A stretch of DNA of 64,000 nt. It comes from Octopus sinensis (taxonomy: Eukaryota). The notes under the pieces were generated by a model. It made no database searches and was not told the DNA's origin. It saw nothing but the letters and a program-made list of their open reading frames with translations. Shown in pieces: positions 26,849 to 40,744 of this stretch. The stretch is taken from the NCBI RefSeq assembly GCF_006345805.1, contig NC_043010.1:40238001-40302000 (forward strand), read 5' to 3'. Position 1 is the stretch's first letter, and every line of letters begins with the position of its first letter. The position numbers were made by a program, and so were the translations under genes.

Positions 26849-27748
26849 TACGGGTGTGTGTGATTGAGTATAGAAGAATATATTAATAAAAGGAATTCCA
26901 ACCTTGTCTGATTTTCACGTTTTATTTACAATCTTATAATGATATAATATAATATAATATAATATAATATGATAAAACAAAATAAAATAATAGAATGTTA
27001 AATGTTCATTCTGATTGAACTAGTACTTTCATGCATTAAATTCTGCAATCTTCAGGTTCATGTAGTAGTGGTGACAGTCATGCTTCACAATTTTTGACTG
27101 TAGCGAGATTATTGAATCTGTGCTTTAAATACAGCTGTGTAGGCTCCAGATGCTAGGTTTTGCAAACTGCATTCTGACCAATCAGTGTGTAGTATCACTC
27201 AATTACTTAAGCTGATTGGTTGGTTGAGCTGATTGGTTTAGGCGTCACGCTTTGTTGGACATATATGTTTTCTGTCTTGTTTTTGGTATTATGTATACTA
27301 CTTTTCAATTTCTTGTTAGCATTGTTTTTAAAACCTGGCATCTGGAGGTGCTGACAATGATGATGATGACAATTGAAATATAAAAATATAAAAATCTCTG
27401 ACAAAGGCTATTTACAACATTTCTAAAAATAGCCCAACAATTGCTGCTTCGGCCAGGGTCAAGATACAGGACTCTTGACATGTCCAACAAATCGTGACGC
27501 CTAAACCAATCAGCTCAACCAACCAATCAGCTTAAGTAATTGAGTGATACTACACACTGATTGGTCAGAATGCAGTTTGCAAAACCTAGCATCTGGAGCC
27601 TACACAGCTGTATTTAAAGCACAGATTCAATAATCTCGCTACAGTCAAAAATTGTGAAGCATGACTGTCACCACTACTACATGAACCTGAAGATTGCAGA
27701 ATTTAATGCATGAAAGTACTGGTTCAATCAGAATGAACATTTAACATT
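25925..27748 (-). repeat. Right arm of a ~1.8-kb inverted duplication (left arm 18666-20483)
   Basis: Reverse-complement identity across the PLE derivative, Helitron and flank; identical ORF translations at 18921(+) and 27305(-). Confidence 0.9.
26416..26810 (+). mobile_element. Non-autonomous Helitron (copy of 19598-19989)
   Basis: A|TCTTTATATAAG...cccgagcaacgccgggcgatactgCTAG|T. Confidence 0.8.
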
Positions 27749-27858
27749 CTATTATTTTATTTTGTTTTATTATATTATATTATATTATATTATATGATTA
27801 TAAGATTGTAAATAAAACGTGAAAATCAGACAAGGTTGGAATACCTTTTATTAATATA
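26851..27858. mobile_element. Non-autonomous PLE derivative with inverted pLTRs (more complete copy)
   Basis: Reverse pLTR 26851-27262, reversed ORF1 fragment ~27263-27338, forward pLTR ~27346-27858; HHRs at 27016-27060 (-) and 27682-27726 (+, CUG triplet). Confidence 0.88.
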
Positions 27859-28015
27859 TATATATATATATGTACGGATATATATGTGTGTGTTTGTGTG
27901 TATGCACACGCATATATATATATATATATAAGCAGTTATATGTGTGTGTATACATACATACATACACGCACACACACCCACACGTATATATATATATGAA
28001 TATATATGTAGATAG

Positions 28016-28047
<32 letters not shown>

Positions 28048-29004
28048 ATGTATACATACACGTACATATATGCACACATTTATATACGGATATATGTGTG
28101 TGCTTGTGTGTGTATATATACATACGCATATATATATATAAACGGATATATGTGCGTGTGTCAGTGTGGGTCTGTGTATTTTGTAGATTTACATCGTATT
28201 TCGCTTTGCCTTTCAAAGATTTTATCGACAAAATATATAGCGGCAATATATTGACATCAACTGTAGCCCTTATATTTATTAACGAATCTAAAATTATTAC
28301 TGTTTCTCCAAAAGTATATTGAAACAGCTGTCGTTTAAGGTACCTGCATCAATAATCATCTTCACTGAACAAACACGCACACACACGTACGTGAGTGTGC
28401 CTCTGTGTCTGTGTATCTGTATGGGTGTGTGTGTGTAGCACATAACTATCTGTATGGTTGACAATTTGTTCTGTCCTTGACTAATTAAATAGTTTATTGG
28501 TTTTGAAATATTAATATTTTTCATTTCAACTTTCATTAAGGATAATATTGTAAAAATTAGTTTAAAGAATTTATCAAACATCTTGAAATAATTTTGATTA
28601 ATTTGTCATGAGTATTAAATGAAATGTAAATTTATATAAGTTATCGCTTCCACTTGAGACAACTATGGAAATTTTAATAAAGAAATTAAACCGTGGTTTA
28701 TATACTTCACTCAAAAGCAATTATTCTTATCAACATTTATTGTATATATTACTGTTTTGTTCTTGTCTTTATTAGTTTTGTTTAACACAGAGCTAAATGT
28801 AACTACGGGGATCTGTGATCAAAATCGTTCTTGTTCTCAGCGTGTCGTTTGTTAAAAACTGTATGACCACAAATAATTATTCAATTATCTCACGCAGTTC
28901 CCTTTAAAACTATAGAGTGTGATTTCAATAAACTGTAACCAATCGTTCTCGGAGTTTAAACAATAATGCAGAAACAAACTGGCTTGCAGAACTAGAACGT
29001 TAGT

Positions 29005-29385
29005 GGATGCGCAATGACCCAGTGGTTAGGGCAGCGGATTCGCGGTTGTGCGATCATGGTTTTGATTACCACACCGGGCGTTGTGAGTGTTTATTGAGCG
29101 AAAATACCTAAAGCTCCACAAGGCTCTGAAAAGGTTTTGTGGCGAACCCTGCTGTACTCTTTCACCACAACGTTCTCTCACTCTTTCTTCCTGTTTCTGT
29201 TGTACCTGTATGTCAAAGGGCCACCTTTGTCACTCGCTATGTCATGCTGAATCTCCCGGAGAACTACTTTAATGATGCACGTGTCTGTGGAGTGCTCAGT
29301 CACTTGTACGTTTATTTCACGTGTAGACTGTTCCGTTGATCGGCTCATCCGGAACCCTCGTCATCATAACCAACATAGTGCCACT
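29005..29385 (+). mobile_element. tRNA-headed SINE
   Basis: A-box-like tgacccagtggttagg, decayed B-box ggttttgattacc; tail matches 30-83. Confidence 0.7.
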
Positions 29386-30267
29386 AGAAGCTTATATTTT
29401 GCGACAAAATATGGGAACTTAAATATAGTCTTCGCCCATGAGATACACAAGCCCGACTTGCATTTATTGCAATAATTGATTAATAATATTAATGGTCATA
29501 AATAAAATAGAAAACTTCTTGATTGCTATTTTTTTATCTATCAGATTTAACGGCGATGTTTACTTAAATTTTATTGCTTAGTGCTAGAGCTGTTGCTACG
29601 AAAAGCTGTTGCTAAGTGGGCGTACTTGTGGTCATTTTACGGACAGCTAACGTCAAAGATAATCTAATTCTCTCCAATAAAACTGTTCTTAAAATCGATT
29701 TTGTTGTGGCTACAAATAGGCTAGTTAAACCCTTGCAATATAATTACAAATCTTTGAGGAATGAAACATTAAGAGCAGCTTCAGAATTAAATCCTATAAC
29801 ATTTGAAAACTTTATGTGACAAGTTTAGCCCTTCAAATGGAAATTATAAATATTTTCTACTCAAAAACGAAATTACAATTTCTTCCTTGCTCTCGATAGA
29901 TGTAATTGTGTTGCAAACTAATTAATGGTACCAACTTGGTAACTATTCAAGCTGAGTAATTATTTTCCAAAATCATGAAAAGATAAATCGTCACATACAT
30001 TTACCAGGAACTGAATACACAACGACAGACACACACGCATGCATGTATATCCACACATATGTATATACGCTTACATCCCCATTAAACTGACACACACGTT
30101 ATAAGTGCACGTTTTTCCTAGAACACGCAAAATGTACCGTAAGGCAACTTGCACAAATCAATTTAATAATCTACAAGACTATTTTTTCCCAAAGTATAAG
30201 CTACATTTATCGGAGAGAAAATACATATAGGAAAAAGCATCCGTCCGCACACATACATATATATATA

Positions 30268-30818
<551 letters not shown>

Positions 30819-30934
30819 CCTCTCACCTATGCTACTAGCTGGCATATGCAGGTGCTTACATTTATCAAGTATTCACCCAGAATTTATATATATATACCTA
30901 TATATATATCTATATATGTATATATACATGTATA

Positions 30935-30965
<31 letters not shown>

Positions 30966-30988
30966 GCGTGTGTATATATATATAGTAA

Positions 30989-31350
30989 AGGCGCATGGCT
31001 CAGTGGTTAGAGCATCGAGCTTAGGATCGTGAAGTTGTGAGTTCGATTCCCGGACCGGGCTGCATGTTGAGTTTTTCAGCAAGAAACTTTATTTCACTTT
31101 GATCCAGTTCACACAGCTGTAAAATAAGTTGCGAAGTCATTGGTGTCAAACTGTATCGGCTTTTGCTTTACTCTTGGATAACATGGGTGGCGTGGAGATG
31201 GAAGGGTGGTGTGCATGGGTGACTGCTGGTCTTCCATAAAAACAGCTTCAGGTTGCGCGTTTGACGGTGAGGCGACTTTCCGCCCAGATTTGTGCCCCGG
31301 GGGCAGCCACTTAGGTGCACCCATGGTCATTCGCGACCCACGCAGTCTAG
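30989..31350 (+). mobile_element. tRNA-headed SINE
   Basis: A box tggctcagtggttagagc, B box gagttcgattccc, followed by a non-tRNA body. Confidence 0.8.
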
Positions 31351-31377
31351 TTATATATATATATATATTATATATAT

Positions 31378-31427
<50 letters not shown>

Positions 31428-31537
31428 ATAATCCCTCGCCATATCACAGGTCAATTCTCAGGCACTTATCAGGCGTGAGTTAATAAACACGTAACTGACT
31501 CTCACTCAGGAAAAGAGCAAAGTAACTCTTCAGAAAT

Positions 31538-31583
31538 CCATCTGACTAGTTTCAGTGATTCTTTATACCTTCATCAGAAATGG
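31538..31583 (-). ncRNA. Minimal type I hammerhead ribozyme
   Basis: Minus strand: ccattt CTGATGA aggtataaagaatcact GAAA ctag TC agatgg; canonical core, 6-bp stem I, palindromic ACUAGU, GUC triplet; stem II imperfect. Confidence 0.75.
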
Positions 31584-32576
31584 CTTATGTATTATGTCCA
31601 AATTATGATGGCAATAAGGCAAAGTGTGTCCAAATTACAATGGTAGCTGCACACAGTAGCTGTTTATTACCTTTTATATTGTATACAAACAGAAACCGAA
31701 TTTGCATAATGGATCATTCGACAAGAATGAGGATTAAATACCTAATTATATACTCACGGTGTTTTTTAAAGATAATTTGATATGCAAAATAAACTTTAGA
31801 AATGCACAGTTTTAGTTTACGCGCAACATGCACTGATATGCAAATTAGAAAAACTGATTTACTTGCGTGCAGGATACACCATAGATACAACATAGATAGA
31901 TATTAGCTGGATGTCCAAAACCCCATAGATAGATACCAAAACACCATGGATAGATATTAGCTGGATGGTAAGTGATTTCTGATAGTTGTCCAAGTAAACT
32001 AGAAACAATAGAAATCAATGAGTTTTGGGGTTTTTGTGAGGTTTCGATATTCTTTCTTTTCTGGTGTTTACCTCACAGGGAAAAGATTCTTATACACACG
32101 CCGTTTTTTTTTTTTCATTTTCACGGCCATTCAAAATTGTCGGTTTAATAAGAACACACAGGACCAAATTTGAGTTGTTTTCCATTATTTGTTACAATTG
32201 CTATGCAGAGCGCTGTTAATTAATATACGCTCTATATTAGACACTACAGTATTGATTATAAGGCATGCTTCATATTAGAAAGAGGTTCTTGATGAGGTTA
32301 AAGCATACACTTCAAACTGTCTACAGCAGTCCAGTATTATCACGAACTAAATGAATTTAATTGCTATTGAATATTTGCTGCATAATTATAAGCATGTAAA
32401 TGTCAAATTTTGAAGTTTTGTACACAAAGATAAGTAGATAATAGTTTAATTAAACAACAAAATCATCAATTAACTATATATATCGTCCGGTGGATTAAAG
32501 ATTCTACCAGCTCACCGCATTGATATTTTAATAATAATAATAATGATAATAATAATAATAACAATAATAATAATAA

Positions 32577-32618
<42 letters not shown>

Positions 32619-32949
32619 GAGGAAGAGGAGAAGAAGAAGAAGAAGAAGAAGAAGAAGAAGAAGAAAAAAAAGAAGAAGAAGATGAAGATGATGATGATGA
32701 TGATGACGACGACGACGACGACTACATTATATTGATTGGCCAGCTTCCCCTTTAATACAACTTTATCTTGCCTACGCATTCGCTGATATTCACCTACGTC
32801 ATTTTCCTTTCAGTTATCCCCACTATGTAGGCTTTTCCTATTTTTCTGAATCTGGGCTTCATTTAGAAACCCTCTATTCTGAATTAATTTTTGTCTGAGT
32901 CATGAGCCCATTTTCAGGAATCTTTTTCCCCAGTTTCAGAGTCTATGGC

Positions 32950-33985
32950 TGAGGAATAAAGAAACCTCAGGATAAGACTCGAGGATATAATAGTTACAAG
33001 AACAGAGACCAAGCCGGGGAATTTGAGAAGATTCGACCGTAATAATGTGAAACGCGCGACCCAAAAATATGATGAGATTCTGAAATAGAATCTGACAAAA
33101 GATCTAACGGTAGCAAGGGATTTGGTCAGATCTGTTTCAACTTTAGTAGGTGAACTGGTTGGAAAGAAAGCGAGGAAAGCAGACGGACAGAAGGAGACAT
33201 GGTAAAAGCGGAGAACTGAAGGCGAAATTAAAACTTTGTGTAAAGGTTTGAGTCACATAAACGAATAGCCGAAAGGACAATGCAAAAAGGCTAAAAATGG
33301 TGCAAGGGTATATCTTGATGCCAAAACAATAAAACAAATAGAAAAAAAGGGTTCAAAACTCTTATCGAAACACTAAAAGAATGTGTGAGGGCAAAAACGT
33401 TAATGGTGCGGCGTTACACGGATCGCATATCGCAGTTCCAGCCAAACCGGTTCTTCTCAAATAACAAAAAGCAGATTTTTTTAAGAGCTTAGGAGGGGAT
33501 ACCGAAAATAATATACCTCCTGAGCAGAGGAAGTCTGTAAATAATATCTGGGGCAAGAAGTTTCGTGCCACCACGATGCTGAGTGGACTCATTCCGTGAA
33601 ATCCGATCTCCAACACCCGGAGTCTCTAACACACGACAGGACCATGTGTGCATGACAACGGAAGATGTAATTGCACAAGTATTAAAACTGACAAATTAAA
33701 ATTGGCATAACAAGACGGAATTCAAGGCTACTGGCTCAAGTAGTTTAGATCAACAAACAAAAGGATTGCATTGCAATTAGACAATTACCTGTAGAATGGT
33801 ACAGATTTGGTGTGGATTGTAGAGGGACAGATAACATTGTTGATGAAAGATTGGTCAAAGGGCAGTGACGCTGGCAATTACCGACCAATTGCTTGTCTCA
33901 ACCTCCTGTGGAAAGTGTTATTAGGCATCCTCGCCAGCAAAATATATACGTTCCTTGTGGAAAACAATCCACATCATTAAGAACA
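32950..33985 (+). pseudogene. Degenerate R4/Dong-like LINE RT fragment
   Basis: DGIQGYWLK near 33715-33740; ITLLMKDWSKGSDAGNYRPIACLNLLWKVLLGILASKIY at ~33830-33950; near the (TAA)n at 32528. Confidence 0.75.
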
Positions 33986-34246
33986 CGGGCAGATTTTTTA
34001 TCACTGAGTTCACTTTGCTATTTAGAATTATCAACGGGGAGGGTTTTTTTTTTAGTTCAGTGGCGACAAACAAGGATCTTTCTATTTATAGATTGAGGAA
34101 GTGGTAGTACAAATGTTAGAGCCATAAATCCATCCCTATTATGAGGAATTTAACTTTGGCACATTTGAATGTATTTTAGCTAAAGTTAGTGGCCTGAAGC
34201 TAGTGGGGTAGGGAGAATAGAAACTTCTAGCGCTCTATATATATGT

Positions 34247-34339
<93 letters not shown>

Positions 34340-34344
34340 CATAT

Positions 34345-34980
34345 ATATCAAATATAAATTAAATACAGAACACAATGGATATCGCGGTACACGTGTTTCA
34401 AGCTTTATAAACAATCCGTTATTACATTAGTGTATTATTGATATAAGAGATGGTTTAAAGCTCTCTTCAGTCGCAAACATTGTTAGTCCAAAGATTACAT
34501 CACAATATAAAAATATGAAAAGTACATGTAGTATTACCCATTATAATAGGTTTATCATATCTCCTTGAAAAAGTGTATTTGTAAAATGTCCTAACTATAT
34601 AAACGTATAAAGATTCATTGGATTTCGAAAATCTGCCCATACTGTATCACCAATCAGCATAGAGTGAATGTTAAATAGATTGGAATGAGTTTATATTTAA
34701 TTCTCTTGTATAAGATAGAAAGAAAAAATAGAGGGAGAAAAATGGGCAGATTTTCGAAATCCAATCAATCTTTATACAAAAGGGAGAAAGATAAACAAAG
34801 GGGAAAAAAATAACAGTTGTTGCAGTTCTGCAACCGGGAAAACACCTACGAAGATGCATTCTGATGAAGAAACACAATATATCTCAGAACCAGTCGAAAC
34901 GAAATCACTCTGAAAGTGACAGCGAGAGCTAGATCTCAGCATTTCACCGTTGTTGCTGCTTGCCAAATGCACGAATATAT
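34345..34980 (-). mobile_element. PLE-like pLTR remnant in (TA)n; hammerhead at 34382-34476
   Basis: Minus strand: CCAAT/ATTGG and tttatatag, then ttgcga CTGAAGA gagcttt...aaagctt GAAA cacgtg TA ccgcga; 36-bp inverted repeat 34605-34640 / 34742-34777. Confidence 0.7.
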
Positions 34981-35004
34981 AAATATATATATATATATAT
35001 ATAA

Positions 35005-35584
35005 TGTAGGATAAATTTTTTTTTGAAATAAATTATTTTCCCCCCCAAAAATGTTATCAATGGCCAGCATATTAAAAAATACCTTTAAAGGTTAAAATTA
35101 TAAACAATTCATAAATAGGGTAAACGAAAAAATTTCTAATGCCAAATATGCCGAAAAATTGGACATATTGTCCATTAACCATATAATTTTACATATATAA
35201 ATTTAAGAATTCACTTCCGGACTCTTTCACTGTGTGAGAGCATCAGTTCAAATCGCACGTGTCTCGAATGGGCTGGAGTATTTCTATGTTGGATGTATTT
35301 GGGGTACTTAATTGTGCTCATGATTTAGTGTTCGCTTCTTCCATGGGTATGAGTAAGTATCTCATTTATTTCTTTTGCCACATGTATCACTGACGAAGGG
35401 AGAGCTGTTATAAGCTAACCCTGAAATCGGCCCGATATGGTAATAATGGAATCTTTTATAAATTTCTGTCCACCTTTTTTTCGAGTAGCGTGCGTATTGT
35501 GAAAAATTATATGGTTAATGGACAATATGTCCAATTTTTCGGCATATTTGGCATTAGAAATTTTTTCGTTTGCCCTTATTTATG

Positions 35585-35590
<6 letters not shown>
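35005..35590 (+). mobile_element. HHR-bearing element in (TA)n with ~85-bp inverted repeat
   Basis: 35106-35190 is the reverse complement of 35503-35588; encloses the hammerhead. Confidence 0.75.
35385..35442 (+). ncRNA. Type I hammerhead ribozyme, well preserved
   Basis: tatca CTGACGA aggg(agagct gttata agctaa)ccct GAAA tcgg c ccga TA tggta; all three stems pair. Confidence 0.88.
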
Positions 35591-35650
<60 letters not shown>

Positions 35651-36210
35651 CTGTGTGTGTGTGTGTGTGACAACTAGTTGGTTGTCACATATTATATTTA
35701 TAGATAAATTCCTCTGTTTTGCATAATATCGAGGTATCATTAATTCTTTTGTTGTTAAGATACATATGCGTGTGTGTGTGTGTTTACATACACTCACAAA
35801 AATAAGTGTTAGCAGGAATACTGCTTGTCATCTATAGATACTGATATATACGTTGTATGTAACACAAGCTGTGTCAGATTTAAATGGTCTGTGCATCAAC
35901 CTTAATGTGCAAATATCTATATGTTTGTTTTTAAACACAGCACGTCCATAAGAGATTTTATCTGACAGGCGAGTACCGCTGTCATATTGCCTTCTAAGCT
36001 GCATTTACAGTATCATACACACACACAGACTTACACTTACACTTACACTTACACTTACACACACATGCACACACACACACACACATACACACATATATAT
36101 ATATATATATATCATAGGAAGTTATCCGAGACTTTTATTGTTTGGCACAAATAAAACATTGGAAAAATAGCTTAATCAGGTAAAGAAATAGAAAACGCAT
36201 GATGGTGGTA

Positions 36211-36241
<31 letters not shown>

Positions 36242-36310
36242 TGTGTGTGTATGCATTTATGTATGTATATAGAGATAGGTAGATAGATAGATAGATAGAT
36301 AGATAGTTAA

Positions 36311-36395
<85 letters not shown>

Positions 36396-37095
36396 GTGTG
36401 TGTATACTAATATGTATTTATGTACGTATATATACATGTGTAAATGTTTATACTTATGCATGTATGTATTCAATAGTTTCATTTCCGCCAAAGTGTACGA
36501 ATTAAGCTATATTAAATCCTGACCTCGCATTTGAAAGAGCGGTAATCTGCCAATGCACTGAGACCGAGGTAATTGATCACAAAATGCGTATTAGATATGT
36601 CCTTTAACTCGACGTCATCTGATACACATTTGCCATTGAGGGAGAGAAGGAAAAGAAAATATGAGAGAGAGAACGCGAGAGGTAGTGCAACCCAGAGAGA
36701 CAGAATATCCATTACATTAGATTGGTTTTTATCGTTGAATAAAGAGAATACTTAAGTAAATGCTTTCGTAAATACAGGGACAGATGTTATGGGGGATTTG
36801 GTACTTTGGAAGGATTCATGAAGCGTTCGTTTCTGTAACTTTTGCAAAAATCCACATAGGGAAAATATAACCTGAGAAAAATATTGATTTTATATCGTTC
36901 TTCAAAGATCAATTCCGATGGCAAGCACGTTCCTAAGCTTTATAGATCGGAAATATGTTTACACGTTCTCTCGGTGTGGAGAAATTTTTGCATCTCACTG
37001 TCATCAAAGCTTTAAACAGTAAGAGAGTTAAAAGTTATCAATATATATTTACATAAATGCAAGTGTAATGATGTATTTATATATGTATGTCCATT

Positions 37096-37141
<46 letters not shown>

Positions 37142-37208
37142 CATGTATATATATATATATATATCCATTTACCTGTGTGCTTATATATATACATATATAT
37201 ATATATAT

Positions 37209-37247
<39 letters not shown>

Positions 37248-38418
37248 TAGATAGATAGAAACATAGAGATATAGCAACGCACACTTAAATATTTTACATA
37301 TTGTATATCTTTTACTTCTAAGACTCCTTTCCGTTTGAACATATCGATATTTTTGCAGGGTTCATATAATAACATAGAAATTGCGGCATATCATGTAATA
37401 TTTAGTTATGCAGTTATGTAGCCATGTATATCATGCGAAGTTATGTAAAGGGGAAAATGACACGTAATATCATCACACCATTACAGTTTATAGAATTAGT
37501 ATTTGACACAATGACGTCTTAGTAAGACAACCGTGTAATTGTATTGACATGTCCCGTCTATCATAGTGGCTTCCTTATCGATAACACATAGAATATAGAA
37601 AGTATTGATATGTAATATATATTTTCCTTCACAATACATTTATTTCTAGTTTGTGTTTTAATGATCTCTGCATTAAACGTAACACAAAATCAACAATAGC
37701 GTTTTAGCGAATGCCATTAGATAACTGCATTTACACCATTAGCATTTATCGGTTCTATCTTTACAACCAACCGCTGCGACCGCTAGGGGAAAAAGGGAGA
37801 GAGAATACGCGAAACACAACGAAATATCAAAAGTTAACTGACAAATTATGATCACCCAACCAGAACGCCTAACCTATATAGAAACTTTTATATATCACAC
37901 AACATTCCCACAAACTAGATGTAAATAATAAATCATTATGTGAAGTTAATAGTCTTTTGTCTGCTTTTTGAATGGCTAATAGGTTATTTTCACGCTGCAG
38001 TTGTTTTAATTTCCACAAACGATATCAGATCAAGTAAACCTCCCAAATACTTTTATTCATCAACTAGTGTACAATCTCCAATACTTTCTTTGTTATTACA
38101 CCATCAACGCTCTGCTTATAATGGTATACTAAGACGGAAACATGATTGGATTCGGCAAAACATTAGCTATTCAATAATATTAATTTTTCTTTATCATGTA
38201 GCAATTTGTAGTAATGTCCTCTCTTTTATATATTTTATCTGAAACTTAATTTTTGTTTTTCGTATGGATATTAATGGACGAAATATATATTCATTTAATC
38301 ATGACAAACTTGTGAATACAATGTAACGATCCAGTGAAGAAATATTTGTCAACAAGTCACATCGAAGAAATTGGCACTGCGTAAAACATATGGGCTGTTA
38401 TATGTGTGCGTACATATA

Positions 38419-38613
38419 TATAGTGAGAATTTTATAAAAAAAAAAAAAAAAAAAAAGATGAATACAGGTGTGTAAACATCAAACAGCTGTCTTAGTTTAA
38501 GGCTCGGGAAGTGAGAAAGTCTTTTACGTTTCAAGCCTACGCTCTTCGACAGAAAGGAACACAGAAATAAACAGGGAGGGAAAATGGAGAATAGAAAATA
38601 GAAATATATATAT

Positions 38614-38655
<42 letters not shown>

Positions 38656-38940
38656 ATATATAGTGGGAATTTACAAAAAAAAACACAAAAGACGAATACA
38701 GGTGTGTAAACAACAAGCAGATGTATTAGATTAACGCTCGGGAAGTGAGAAAGTCCTTTACGTTTTGAGCCCACGCTCTTCAAGAGAAAGGAACAGAGAA
38801 ATAAACAGGGAGAGAAAATAGAAAGGTTTTGGTGGCTAGCGATCTATCATGGCGAATGCCGGACAGAAAGCTCATACAGGAGAGCTAGGAGGAAGGGGAG
38901 ATAATAATGTAGTGTCGATCCCAAATGAAGGTGCGCGTGG
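38419..38940 (-). mobile_element. Tandem ~235-bp HHR-bearing repeat (retrozyme/pLTR-like dimer)
   Basis: Units 38419-38605 and 38659-38825; hammerheads at 38521-38556 (CTGTCGA a gagc gtag gctt GAAAcgTA) and 38754-38792 (decayed). Confidence 0.72.
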
Positions 38941-40266
38941 GTATGTGAGAACGTGTATGTGCGTGTAGAAGGGGGCTGCTGACCCTGACTTGTGCCTGTG
39001 TTCATGTGTAGGTGTGTGGTTGGTGTTGTAGGTGCTGGGAAGTGGTCAGTACTAGTGTGTGCGGGGTGGTGTGATATGGTGTGGTGTAGCGGTTTGTGGT
39101 GTTGTGGTGTATGGGGAGGTGGAGTGGGGTGGCGGCGTGTGGTCTGGTGGTGTGAGGAGTGGTGTGGTGGTGTTGGAGTGCAGGGGCGCGAGAGTGGGTG
39201 AGGTATTTCTGTTTCTTTGTTTGTGTGTGTGTATGCGTGTGTGTGTGTGTGTGTGTGTCTGTGTGTTTCTGTGTGTGCTGAACGGGAGATGTAGTTTCAT
39301 TCCTGGACCGAAGATAAGTCATGTTCTTGAACAAATCATTTCGTTTCACGTCGCTCTACAATCACTTCGACATTTGAAGTGTAAACCGTATACCTTTACA
39401 GTGTACTATGTTATTATGCATTTTCTATCCTCACAGTTTATTCAAACCGTGTATCTTTTTATCTGTATGTATGCTGGCGTGTTTCAATAGTTCTCTTTGG
39501 AACAAACTGATTTTCCAAAACTGGAGAGAGATATGCTACAGAACATTTATAAAATCAAACAAGCTATTCACAAGTGTGTCTCTACGAATCCATCAGAGGT
39601 TTGGGCTCCAATGAACATTGTATGTGTGTGCGTGAGTGTGGTTGTGTGTGTGTATGCGTGTGTGAATGTGCGTGTGAGTGTAAGTGTATGTGTGCGTGAT
39701 TGTGTATGGGTATGTGTCTATGTGTGTATGTGTGTGAAATGTGTGTGCGAGTGTATATGTATGTGTGTGAGTATGTATGTCTGTGTGTGTGTATGTTTGC
39801 ATATGTGTGTGAGTGCGTGTGTATGTGTGTATGTGTGTGAATGTGTGTGCGAGTGTATATGTATGTGTGTGAGTATGTATGTCTGTGTGTGTGTATGTAT
39901 GTGTGAGTCTGTGTGTGTGAATATGTGAGTGTGTGTGTGAGTGTGTATGTGTGTGTATGTATGTGTGAGTCTGTGTGTGTGAATATGTGAGTGTGTGTGT
40001 GAGTGTGTATGTGTGTGTGAATGTGTGTGTGTGTGGCTTTGATTACAGCCTATTTATATAGGATCAAGGAATATGAACGTGAAACACACCAGAAATTGGC
40101 GAGACCGAATGACGCAAATTAGAGAGTTAAGTAATTCATTACCATAACACGAAATGCACCGATGAGGGAAGTTTACTGCTGTTAGGAAATATTCCAATAG
40201 CATCGAAAATTATCCATCGATGACTGGAAACTTAAGCGAGGCGTAAAGACATAATAAAATACCTAT

Positions 40267-40491
40267 TTCTTTACTACCCACAAGGGGCTAAACACAGAGA
40301 GGACAAACAAGGACAAACGGTTTAAGTCGATTACATCGACCCCAGTGCGTAACTGGTACTTAATTTATCGACTCCGAAAGGATGAAAGGCCAAGTCGGCC
40401 TTGGCGGAATTTGAACTCAGAACCTAACGGCAGGGGAAATACGGCTACGCATTTCGCCCGGCGTGCTAACGTTTCTGCCAGCTCGCCGCCT
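40267..40491 (-). mobile_element. Deu/Nin-domain-type SINE with target-site duplication
   Basis: Near-identical to 61468-61696; minus-strand core gcctttcatcctttcggagtcgataaattaagtacc; flanking gacataataaaatacc duplicated. Confidence 0.8.
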
Positions 40492-40744
40492 TATAATAAA
40501 AGACATAATACGACATAATAAAATACCATTTTCCTGTCTGTACATGGACCATTTTCACAATTATTTATTATCTCTTCTTCATTTAAATTATTTTGTTTCT
40601 ATTATCGCTTTTCTTTTTCCGCCTATCCTCTCTTCCAAAATATTGCAGAGAAATTGGTTAATTTACGAATTCGTCCTAAATTATTTTCCCTTCATTATAA
40701 TTAGCTGGATCTCCATTAAATGATGCAAATACTTTGCTCTTTTA

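Noticed and set aside
30989-31060. tRNA-like sequence with good A and B boxes
   Set aside because: Poor anticodon/acceptor pairing and continuation into a repeat body; it is a SINE head, not a tRNA gene
34855-34915. Plus-strand CTGATGA...GAAAC
   Set aside because: No stem II or stem I complementarity
39300-39615. Possible decayed PLE linker (minus strand NCEDRKC) upstream of the tandem HHRs
   Set aside because: Too degenerate to support by eye; no GIY-YIG motifs recoverable; needs blastx
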